Numbered from the stretch's first letter, positions 25,395 to 33,372 are shown. The stretch: 34,445 nucleotides of DNA from a virus (IMGVR_UViG_3300005764_000046:1-34445), one strand, 5' to 3'. Notes: generated by a model not told the origin, from the letters alone. Numbers and translations are program-made.

Positions 25395-27902
25395 TTACCA
25401 GGTGACCGACTGCGTCCATGCCACCGTGCCTGCGCGGCGCTGAACCCAATTCAAAGGTAGTACCATCCTTAAGGCGATACTATCCGTTTGAAAGAGGGAC
25501 CTTTGAGGCGCGGCGACAGTGCTTGGAGAAGCCACGAGGTCCGTAGGATTTGTGTCCTCCATATGTAGGGTAGCTTGGTCGCTAAGCTCCATGCGAGGAG
25601 CTTCCCCGCCTACAACGACAAAGTCCGCGGCGTCGACAAGGATCACTGTCTTCGCCGTGACAGTAGCGCTGTCGATCAGTGGTACACCACCGAGATTTCC
25701 CGCCCTGATCTGATCATAGAACGGGAAGATGCCGGTATTCGCCGCTTGCAGCCATGACGCACGCAGCATGTCAGTCGGATTGACCAAGAATGCTGGCGAG
25801 CGCACGTTGCCGTAAGTGTTCGTCGTCAACGCGCCGAGCAGCGCGACCATATCGCCAATCAACGCTGCGATGCCGCCACCGGCCGTCGCCGTTGTCGCAG
25901 CAACACCGTTGAGTAGACCAGCAGGGCGAACGACCGTCGCCGGATTCGCGTCGAGGAGCACAGTATCGATCGCGACGCTGGTGTCTTGCTGAATCGCTTC
26001 GCGAATGAGTCCTTCAATCGCCGGGGTGCTGTGGTCCCCCATCTCGCGGGTCCAAGTACTGATAACTGCGGCCTTCTTAGGAACCAGCGTTTGAGTCGTG
26101 AACGCTCCTTGCCTAACGGGAATCGCAAGACCTTCGCCGACGAAGCTTCCCGCAAGCGATGGCGTGCGCGAGCGCGTCGGAATGATGATGCGACCAGCAG
26201 TGCCGAAGCTCAACGCCAATCCTTTCGCCGCGAGTCTCGTAAGCACGGCCGAAGGCATCAAAAGCGGCATGAGATCGGCATAAGTCTGCTGCACGAGTTC
26301 GGCGGCCCAACCTGTTACGGTAGTGATCGCGGGAGCCGAAGCCGCGCGCAAGACAAGTTCGCACGAGGCCTTCACCGCTTCGTCGTCGCCGTAAATGCGA
26401 AGCCGTGTTTCCTCGATCGACTTGTTCCACAGCTTGGCAAACGTGCCGACAGAAGCCGCGCGCACGAGATACTCAAGCGGCGGCAGTTCCTTCTTGCTGT
26501 GCACGATCGCCGGCGCGGCAACCGTGTCCGACTTCGCCGGCGTGTACACGGTGAGCGCGCGATGCACACCATTGCCGCCGCCGTTGGCGGCGTGACCGTT
26601 GCCGGACGTCCCCGCCAAGATCCGCTCCGACTCGACGAGCGCGGTGCGTTGCGATTCGAGCGACGCGATCGTCCCGTTGAGATCAGAGGCCTTCTTAATG
26701 TCTGCATCGCTGACATTGGTCTGGTCGATGCCGTCCCAATGCTCGGCGAGCAGGTCCTTACTCTCATTGATCAGCGTTTCGATCTTGCTGATCCGTTCCG
26801 CAAGGGGGGCTGTCATGGCCCGTCTCCCTTTTTCGCGATGTATTCCGGCATGCTTGCCAGTGAACTCCCGACGTTTGATCTTGTCTCTGTTGCCATGCTT
26901 GGCGAAGACAAGCTCAAGAGTGGCGGGAGATATGCCCAGCGATTTAGAAACCGCCAGCGCATTCGGATTAGCCGGGACAGAAACCAATGAAGTTTCTACC
27001 AACTCGGCTTTAAGAAATCGCATACCGCTGAAAGGGTTTTTCTTGTCGAGCGGTACGCTCTCGATATCGCGGAAGCCAACCGAGACGGCTTTTAAGATGC
27101 CAGCCTCAATTAGCTTTCTGATTTCGTCGATACGGTTTGAGGTCCCCGCGGGCGCCATGATCAGCTTGCCACGCAAAGCCCCTTTGTCGACCTTTAGATC
27201 CTGCCATCGGCCAACCGGAAAATTAGGATTGTGGTTGAACAAGGCAATGGGGTTTTTGGAGAAGCTCTCAATCTGCCAGCCATCAGCCTGAATAATATCG
27301 CCCATGCGATCTGGCGTTTCGTCGGATAATATGAAATCCATTCCATGAATTTCCTCGGCGTGCGTCTTCATCACGAGGCCGGTCGTTTTTACGCCATGGC
27401 CTTCACCCTCGTCATCGTCCTCGCCCTGGCTCTCTCGCCATTTCATCTCGCATTCGTCTTCGTCGTTATCCTCCATGCAGCGGTCGAGATAGTCGTCGTG
27501 ATCTTCATCATCCCTCGGCTCGGGACAGCCGTTCTGTTTGAACGAATGTTCGGAAGCTGGATCCCGCGGACCAGGATGCGCCTCCTGTGAGCGGACCCAG
27601 TCATTCCATTTTGTCTCGCACGCGTGCTCGTCGGTTTCTTTTTTGCAACGGCTCATAAAGCCGTCGTAGCTCTCGCCCTTGTGTGGCTCGGGCGCCTTGG
27701 CGAGGAGTTCACGCCAGCGGGCTAGAGCGCGTGCGATCTCGTCTTTGCTCGGCGCGGCCTTGTCTTTGTCACGCCAAGCTTGCAAGCAGATAGCGATCAT
27801 CTGATCTTGCGGGCGCTCAGTCTCAGAGGTGCTCAATTCGTGCATGCAATATTGATTCCAGTGTTCTTGCGTCTCATCCTTGTGTGGTTTGCGGAGCGGC
27901 AT
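25395..27902 (-). CDS. Prohead protease - major capsid protein fusion (HK97 family)
   Basis: Protease motifs NPIALFNHN, LKAVSVGF and ELVETSLVSVPANPNA; then a coiled-coil scaffold-like segment and capsid motifs FVGEGLAIPV, PAGLLNG and SLFQTDSIALR. AGGAGG SD. Confidence 0.95.
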   Translation of the reverse strand: MPLRKPHKDETQEHWNQYCMHELSTSETERPQDQMIAICLQAWRDKDKAAPSKDEIARALARWRELLAKAPEPHKGESYDGFMSRCKKETDEHACETKWNDWVRSQEAHPGPRDPASEHSFKQNGCPEPRDDEDHDDYLDRCMEDNDEDECEMKWRESQGEDDDEGEGHGVKTTGLVMKTHAEEIHGMDFILSDETPDRMGDIIQADGWQIESFSKNPIALFNHNPNFPVGRWQDLKVDKGALRGKLIMAPAGTSNRIDEIRKLIEAGILKAVSVGFRDIESVPLDKKNPFSGMRFLKAELVETSLVSVPANPNALAVSKSLGISPATLELVFAKHGNRDKIKRREFTGKHAGIHREKGRRAMTAPLAERISKIETLINESKDLLAEHWDGIDQTNVSDADIKKASDLNGTIASLESQRTALVESERILAGTSGNGHAANGGGNGVHRALTVYTPAKSDTVAAPAIVHSKKELPPLEYLVRAASVGTFAKLWNKSIEETRLRIYGDDEAVKASCELVLRAASAPAITTVTGWAAELVQQTYADLMPLLMPSAVLTRLAAKGLALSFGTAGRIIIPTRSRTPSLAGSFVGEGLAIPVRQGAFTTQTLVPKKAAVISTWTREMGDHSTPAIEGLIREAIQQDTSVAIDTVLLDANPATVVRPAGLLNGVAATTATAGGGIAALIGDMVALLGALTTNTYGNVRSPAFLVNPTDMLRASWLQAANTGIFPFYDQIRAGNLGGVPLIDSATVTAKTVILVDAADFVVVGGEAPRMELSDQATLHMEDTNPTDLVASPSTVAAPQRSLFQTDSIALRMVLPLNWVQRRAGTVAWTQSVTW

Positions 27903-27911
27903 TGCTGCCTC

Positions 27912-28109
27912 CTACTTCAAGATTCTGCCGACGCCCTTATCGTCGACCTCGACGATGCCAGCATCGGCTTTGATCAAGTCCCCATACGAAACGCCGTAAA
28001 AATCCTGTCCGCGTGTGATGACTTCGCGCGCGTCGCCGACGATGCCCTCACCTTCGGCGCGTGCGAGGAACTGCACCTGGCCGTTGCGAGTGCTGAACAT
28101 CCATCTCAT
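27912..28109 (-). CDS. Small hypothetical protein (65 aa); candidate inhibitor/immunity partner
   Basis: ATGA-coupled to the metalloprotease gene; fills the gap before the capsid gene. Confidence 0.65.
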   Translation of the reverse strand: MRWMFSTRNGQVQFLARAEGEGIVGDAREVITRGQDFYGVSYGDLIKADAGIVEVDDKGVGRILK

Positions 28110-29485
28110 GTCAGCTTCATCCGTCCGGTTTTTACGGCTTGCTTCATCATCTCGGTTACGCGTGGAAAATCTTTTCTAATGTCTTCCCAGTTCGAGCCTT
28201 GCTGACCAGTCGTCCAAGCAAAGATCTCGGCAAATGTCTCGGAGCGCGCAGCGCGAGACGCGTTCAGGTACTTGATCGCCTCAGTCTCGCCGTGTCCCTG
28301 ACCTTCCGGCGTGAAGTAGCTCAACCGACTATTGCGCCGATCCTTCTCAGGAATGTTCTTGTGATCTTCGTTATAGGCAGTGACGAAGTTCGGCGAATTA
28401 TCCGACGGTGTCCCGTTGGCGTAATCGAACGCGTGACCGCTTTCGTGCAAGACAACGCCCTCAGTACGACCGCCGCGCACTAGATCACCCTTGCTGTTTC
28501 GATAAAATTCCGTCGTAATGATCTGCGCACTAGCTGGATCGAACATGCCTTCGGCCTGATCCCACCTGCCGCCCGCTGACCATCCGCGCGGTTGCTTGTC
28601 GTGCAAGTCAGGAAAAATCGTGGTGAGGTTTCGGCCTGAATGCAGCGCCACGCCGGCATCGGCCAAGGTCTTCATGACCGGCGCCGAAATCATGTCGAGC
28701 CCGTTGGCAACGCTGGCCTGGTAGTCGCGGCTGAGTCCCTTCGGCATGATAATGTTGATCGGGTAATCGCCGAATTCCGGCAGCGCACGCTCGGCTGATG
28801 TTTCCTTGGCGCCGTAAACCATGTGCACGACGCCTTCCGTCTGCATTTTCTCTTTACGAAAGCCCGCGTCTTGCATCGCTGCGATCGTGTCGTGCTGATC
28901 GTCAAACTCGACCTTCTCAATACGCTCAGATTTGTTTCCTTCCTTCTCATGCACGATCGTGTGCTCGAGCGCCTTCGTGAGCGCGGGCTTCTCGAGTCCG
29001 CCGATGCCTTCAATGACCGATGCTTTGTTCTTGGGATTGAACTGCGTGAAGACAGTAGCGAGCAGCTTGTTATTGCCGTCATGGATCTCAATGAGCGAAG
29101 CGTGGCCGGCGGCTTTGTCTTTATCGGATGCGTTGAGATAGAATCCCAACGAGATTTCCATTCGATTGATTTTGTCCCACTCAGCTTCGCCCGCCTTGCC
29201 TTCCTTTTCGAGCTTATCGAGTTGCGTTTCGAGATCCTTGCGCCAGTTTTCGACGCGGTTCTTGTCAACACCGCTGCCGACCAAGCGCATGTCGGCTTCG
29301 CCACCACCACCACCGTCGCCGCCGCCCTCGGTCCATCTGCCGCTTTCATCTCGCGGCTCGTCAGAGACGTCGTGACCGGGCTGGCGGACATAATTTTTCG
29401 GTTTCGGCTTTGGTTCAACAAATTCGACGTCTTCTAATTCCCAACCGAAACGCTCTGGCCGAATATCATCTTCCTTGTCACTCAC
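28106..29485 (-). CDS. Zinc metalloprotease, anthrax lethal-factor/Pro-Pro endopeptidase-like, with PRDxxGRW tag
   Basis: PRGWSAGGRWDQAEG, VVLHESGHAFD (HExxH) and LSYF...SETFAEIF; N-terminal tag shared with the adjacent ART. Confidence 0.82.
   Translation of the reverse strand: MSDKEDDIRPERFGWELEDVEFVEPKPKPKNYVRQPGHDVSDEPRDESGRWTEGGGDGGGGGEADMRLVGSGVDKNRVENWRKDLETQLDKLEKEGKAGEAEWDKINRMEISLGFYLNASDKDKAAGHASLIEIHDGNNKLLATVFTQFNPKNKASVIEGIGGLEKPALTKALEHTIVHEKEGNKSERIEKVEFDDQHDTIAAMQDAGFRKEKMQTEGVVHMVYGAKETSAERALPEFGDYPINIIMPKGLSRDYQASVANGLDMISAPVMKTLADAGVALHSGRNLTTIFPDLHDKQPRGWSAGGRWDQAEGMFDPASAQIITTEFYRNSKGDLVRGGRTEGVVLHESGHAFDYANGTPSDNSPNFVTAYNEDHKNIPEKDRRNSRLSYFTPEGQGHGETEAIKYLNASRAARSETFAEIFAWTTGQQGSNWEDIRKDFPRVTEMMKQAVKTGRMKLT
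29318..29389 (-). repeat. 72-bp dispersed repeat, copy 1 (VRQPGHDVSDEPRDESGRWTEGGG)
   Basis: Identical peptide at 29992-30063; 7 nucleotide differences, all synonymous. Confidence 0.95.
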
Positions 29486-30135
29486 TGCGCTGGCCTAATC
29501 CGAACGATCCGGCGACCTCCGGCTGTCCGCTTAAACGACGTCACTTCCCATTGCATTCCGCGAGGCAAGAGCAATTCTTGCTCGGCTTCATGGCCCATAT
29601 GCGCTGCAGCAACGTCGAAAACGTTCTGACCTTTTGGAAGATCGAATATGAGCAAGTCTTTGCTGAAACGCTCAGCCACGCTTTGCTTCCATGACGTGCT
29701 CACGAACGCCTTATCAACAAAGTTCGATGACTTTTTCTCTTTCCAATCCGCTTCGATCTTCTGAAAAATGGTGTGGCCGCCGCCGCGATAAACTGTCACT
29801 TCCTGGTTGAGTGCATAGTGCGCGATCAATCCGTCGATCGTCTTTGCGCGCTCGCTCGGTTCTCCGCCCGCACGCAAGGCATGATTCATTTTTTCGAATC
29901 CATCACCCTGGTAAAAATCCATCGCATCCCGTTCTTTATCGGTGGGCTGATGGATGCCGCCTTCACTTGGTTTTTCTGTTCCGCCGTCGCCACCGCCGCC
30001 CTCGGTCCAACGCCCGCTTTCGTCGCGCGGCTCGTCGGAGACGTCGTGACCGGGCTGGCGGACAAGATAGCTTCTGACCAAGTCGTCGAACCGCGGCAGC
30101 GGTGTGCTCAGTTCAACCCAGAGGTCGAAGCTCAA
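29482..30135 (-). CDS. ADP-ribosyltransferase (R-S-E class, VIP2/T4 Alt-like) with PRDxxGRW tag
   Basis: Motifs MNHALR, VTVYRG, DKAFVSTS and EAEQELLLPRG. Confidence 0.9.
   Translation of the reverse strand: MSFDLWVELSTPLPRFDDLVRSYLVRQPGHDVSDEPRDESGRWTEGGGGDGGTEKPSEGGIHQPTDKERDAMDFYQGDGFEKMNHALRAGGEPSERAKTIDGLIAHYALNQEVTVYRGGGHTIFQKIEADWKEKKSSNFVDKAFVSTSWKQSVAERFSKDLLIFDLPKGQNVFDVAAAHMGHEAEQELLLPRGMQWEVTSFKRTAGGRRIVRIRPAQ
29992..30063 (-). repeat. 72-bp dispersed repeat, copy 2
   Basis: See copy 1 at 29318-29389. Confidence 0.95.
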
Positions 30136-30557
30136 AAGCTTCCCCCATCAAAACTCGCGCTCCACGCTGCGTTATTCCGCCCGTAGGTGGTGCCGTCGCT
30201 GGGAGCTTCGGGAATGCCTCCGCCGCCGCCGCCCTGGCCGTGACCTGGTCCTTGCGCCATGATCGCGCGACGTGTGACCTTGTCATAGAAGTCGACAACC
30301 ACGAGGTCCCAACCGTTCACACCGTAGTTGTCGAGATCATTGGTTAGCTGAGCAGCCGTCTCGCCCGTCGGATAGTCAACGACAAAATAACTGACAGCAC
30401 CCGCTCCCATTTTGAAAACCGCCCGACGATGTTTTGAGTCGATTAGCTCGACCGAGATCAGGTCCCAGCCTTGCGCGCCGTATTGGTTATAGAAGGCCGC
30501 GAGATCAGCCGACGTCATGCCGACGGCATAGTCGACCGTGTTGTATTGCTCGGCCAT
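30132..30557 (-). CDS. Protein with two DUF4177-like repeats, Gly linker, PEAP motif and FDGGSF terminus
   Basis: YNQYGAQGWDLISV and LDNYGVNGWDLVVV repeats; C-terminus IPEAPSDGTTYGRNNAAWSASFDGGSF. Confidence 0.75.
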   Translation of the reverse strand: MAEQYNTVDYAVGMTSADLAAFYNQYGAQGWDLISVELIDSKHRRAVFKMGAGAVSYFVVDYPTGETAAQLTNDLDNYGVNGWDLVVVDFYDKVTRRAIMAQGPGHGQGGGGGGIPEAPSDGTTYGRNNAAWSASFDGGSF

Positions 30558-31616
30558 TCACCAATGCGTCGCCGTCAGCCAAGCGACGCCTTGCGGCGTG
30601 CGTAGGCCCCAACTCACGGGCAGCCGCACTTTGATCGCGGTGCAGTCCGTCTGCCATAGCGAGCGGCTCGGCGCTACGACAGTGCCGGGACTGTCGACAA
30701 GCTCGAGCGCCGGCGCCGCCATGTGCAAGGTCGCTTCTTTCACGACCGAGATCTCCGGCATGACGCCAGCAACCGAGACGATCGCGTCGGATGACAGCGC
30801 GATCATGTCCTTCGTGCCAGCGAGCGCGTAAGTCCCGAATAGTTGCAACGGTGCCAAGCCATGCAGGCTCAACAGTTGCGCGGTAAGCACGCGGCGAATG
30901 CTCATGATGAAAACCGGATGCGTCGGCGTGACGGCAACAACGCCGCCGTTGAGCGTCTCGATATCATCGATCAACGCCGCCAACGGATCCGGTGCAGCGC
31001 TCGCGCTCGCTGCCGCGATGCCGCTGCGCAGACCTGCAGGCCGCGCGCTCGAGGCGGGAGTGCTATCGAAAAACGCGAAGTCAAGCGCGAGCGCGGTCGA
31101 GCAGATCAAGGCGTCACGCATGAATGCCTCGACATTGCTCGAGCGCACCATCTCGTTGGTCAAGACGACAATCGCGTCGATCTTGTACGGGGTGAGCGTA
31201 ATAAGCGGCTCGACGAAACCTTGTGTGATCTGGATCGGCGCGCCGCTACCGGCAAAGCTGGCATAGTTCGGATCCGCGATGATCGTCGGGATGTTGATCT
31301 GACCCGCACCATCAAACGACAGCCGCAAGCCCGTCGCAAACAAACTTGCCGCCGCGGACGCCGGCGCCAGCGCGGCGAGGAACGATGGCATGATCGTCCG
31401 CGTCAGCGGCGAAGATAAATCGATCGGGCTGACCGGCGCGCGAACGATCAGGTCGGCGAAGTTATCGCGCGACCAATTGCGTTGCAGCGTGCCAGCGACC
31501 GACGTGCCGTCGAGCGAAGCGATCGCCGCAGCCGCGCACGCGCGCACGAGCCCGGTCACCGCCAGGCGCGGGGGCTCGTTCGTAGTCTCGGGAGTTTTGA
31601 GCGCGAGCGCAGTCAT
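30558..31616 (-). CDS. Second HK97-fold capsid-like protein (paralog without protease)
   Basis: GLRLSFDGAGQINIPT, RPAGLRSG and EATLHM...RSLWQTDCTAIKVRLPVSW align by eye with the C-terminal half of 25395-27902. Start at ATG 31616 (alternative GTG 31637). Confidence 0.85.
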   Translation of the reverse strand: MTALALKTPETTNEPPRLAVTGLVRACAAAAIASLDGTSVAGTLQRNWSRDNFADLIVRAPVSPIDLSSPLTRTIMPSFLAALAPASAAASLFATGLRLSFDGAGQINIPTIIADPNYASFAGSGAPIQITQGFVEPLITLTPYKIDAIVVLTNEMVRSSNVEAFMRDALICSTALALDFAFFDSTPASSARPAGLRSGIAAASASAAPDPLAALIDDIETLNGGVVAVTPTHPVFIMSIRRVLTAQLLSLHGLAPLQLFGTYALAGTKDMIALSSDAIVSVAGVMPEISVVKEATLHMAAPALELVDSPGTVVAPSRSLWQTDCTAIKVRLPVSWGLRTPQGVAWLTATHW

Positions 31617-31730
31617 GTATGCTTCACGAATGCTCACACAGAGTCGGCTGAAAAAGCTTCTCGACTATGATCCGAAGACGGGTCGATTCACTTGGCACAT
31701 TGCCGCCGGTCGCCATGGCGGCCTTGTCGT
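31615..31730 (+). pseudogene. HNH-AP2 endonuclease, N-terminal fragment
   Basis: MLTQSRLKKLLDYDPKTGRFTW is the typical N-terminus of phage HNH_3-AP2 proteins; the frame stops at 31758. Confidence 0.75.
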
Positions 31731-32203
31731 CCTAAAAACAATCGTTCTAGACGCGTGAGAACGTTTACGACATCATCGCCGTAAATTTCATCGAAACTTA
31801 GCGGCTTAGCGAATTGCGCTCGATAGCCTAAACGATGCTCGATGCATACGCCCCACAAAGCTACGGTGCCCCTGACAACGCCGTCGTACCAAGCTGGATT
31901 GCTGCGACCGCCGGTATAGATTTCGTCGGTGCGATAGCGAAGCGTGTCGGGTAGATCGGTGAAATACCGGCGCAAGTCTGCAAGCGTGCGAAATGCATAA
32001 ACGCCCGGCACGACGCCCTCGTCGTTCAAATCTGGGATGCGGCTCGCCTCGTATGGTTCATTGGGCAACCATTGGTCGCTCGACCCGAGACAGAACGAAA
32101 GCAAAGCCAGAGGCGGCCCAATGCGATATCGCCATACGCGATGGCCAATGACCGCGGGCCCGATCGGGTCACCAGCTCTCACAGTCGTCCAATCGAGGCT
32201 CAT
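31688..32203 (-). CDS. Hypothetical protein with GVYAF and GxVALWGxxIEHxxGYRA motifs
   Basis: ATGA-coupled to an upstream peptide ORF; its C-terminus runs antisense into the HNH fragment. Confidence 0.7.
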   Translation of the reverse strand: MSLDWTTVRAGDPIGPAVIGHRVWRYRIGPPLALLSFCLGSSDQWLPNEPYEASRIPDLNDEGVVPGVYAFRTLADLRRYFTDLPDTLRYRTDEIYTGGRSNPAWYDGVVRGTVALWGVCIEHRLGYRAQFAKPLSFDEIYGDDVVNVLTRLERLFLGRQGRHGDRRQCAK

Positions 32204-32319
32204 GGCACTTTTTCGGGCTCACGCTCTGGCACCTCGACAGGTTCTGGCCTTGTCGCGGGCATCGGAACTTCGGGCTCGTAGCGCACCACTCGTCTTTGCG
32301 GCTCTCCGATGGTAGCCAT
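32200..32319 (-). CDS. 39-aa Pro/Glu-rich peptide MATIGEPQRRVVRYEPEVPMPATRPEPVEVPEREPEKVP
   Basis: Below the ORF-track cutoff. Strong SD (GGGAGGGAG) just upstream; its stop overlaps the next ATG (ATGA). Confidence 0.7.
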   Translation of the reverse strand: MATIGEPQRRVVRYEPEVPMPATRPEPVEVPEREPEKVP

Positions 32320-32389
32320 AACTCCCTCCCATGTAAAAGTCCGGATCGTGGACAACCGATAGAACAGGCTCCTGCCACTGGTCGCGTAT

Positions 32390-32800
32390 TCGGGCTCGAC
32401 CCATAGATCTCATGGGGGCTCGATCAGCCGTTATCGGTACATCCGCCTTGATGGCAAAAATTACCCGGCCAGCGGATTAGCTTTTCTTTGGATGACCGGA
32501 GACCGCCCGCGCGAAGTCGACCACATCAACACGAACAAGACTGATGACCGATGGTCTAATCTGCGCCCAGCGACTCACTCACAAAACGGGGGGAATAGTC
32601 TTCGTCACAAACGCAAAAAGCGAAACCTACCGAAAGGCGTACACTTGCACATAGGCAAGAAACGATCAAAACCTTACGTCGCATTCATTACGGTCAACGG
32701 CCAACGTTTTTATCTTGGCTACTTTGACACCCCCGAACAGGCGCACGCTGCCTATTGTGCCGCTGCTCGCAAACATTTCGGCGAGTTTGCCCGCTTCTAA
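32390..32800 (+). pseudogene. HNH-AP2 endonuclease, C-terminal fragment
   Basis: In-frame YRYIRLDGKNYPASGLAFLWMTG..EVDHINTNKTDDRWSNLRPATHSQN (HNH_3) followed by PKGV...YLGYFDTPEQAHAAY..AARKHFGEFA (AP2). In-frame stop upstream at 32360-32362. Confidence 0.85.
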
Positions 32801-33372
32801 ACCCTCATATATGCTAACCAGCTTCCTTCGATGTGAGTGATCGGCCAACCGTTCTCATAAAGCTTGTTGAGAACTCCGGTGACTTCGACGCTGGGGTTTT
32901 CGCAATCATGCCAGATGCAGATGCCACCGGGACGAATGAGCGCACGGGCGAGATGGCTGTCGTGCATAACAGCCTTCGCACTATGGTCCCCGTCGATGAA
33001 AATGGCATCGCACGGCTCAAGATCTTGTGGACCGACATCGAGCGAGCCGCGTTCGCGGACAAGTAACCAGAAGCGTGGATCGGCAGCGGCGAAGACACCG
33101 GCGGTGTGGGGGATCTCGGTGCGTTGGCACTCGAGGGTTGGCTCTGTTCCTGGGGGGACATCGATTCCAATGTAGCGCTCGAGCGTCGGGATGGCCCTTA
33201 AGATTTGCGCCGCGGTGCGACCTTCGTTGACACCGATCTCGATCATCACTCGCGGGTGAACGCTAGAAACGAGCGCCACCAACAAACCGACTTCAACATC
33301 GCCGAGGTACTTGTTTTGAAACGGCCGGAGGCGGGCGGGCTCGATACTTCCACGAGGAAGGATCGCTAACAT
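32797..33372 (-). CDS. Class I SAM-dependent methyltransferase (Methyltransf_24-like)
   Basis: Motifs MIEIGVNEGRT, YIGID, DAIFIDGDHS and PGGICIWHD; ATG at 33372 overlaps the upstream stop. Confidence 0.88.
   Translation of the reverse strand: MLAILPRGSIEPARLRPFQNKYLGDVEVGLLVALVSSVHPRVMIEIGVNEGRTAAQILRAIPTLERYIGIDVPPGTEPTLECQRTEIPHTAGVFAAADPRFWLLVRERGSLDVGPQDLEPCDAIFIDGDHSAKAVMHDSHLARALIRPGGICIWHDCENPSVEVTGVLNKLYENGWPITHIEGSWLAYMRV

Noticed and set aside
25986-27291. Long plus-strand ORFs of 334 and 230 aa
   Set aside because: Antisense to the capsid gene, with no recognisable motifs.
29318-30063. The 72-bp repeats as att sites, IS ends or CRISPR repeats
   Set aside because: Only two copies, both in-frame within genes and differing only at synonymous sites; no recombinase nearby.
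32169-32413. 64-aa and 69-aa minus-strand ORFs in the track
   Set aside because: The third frame has the strong SD and the ATGA coupling (39-aa peptide), so it is the better gene call.
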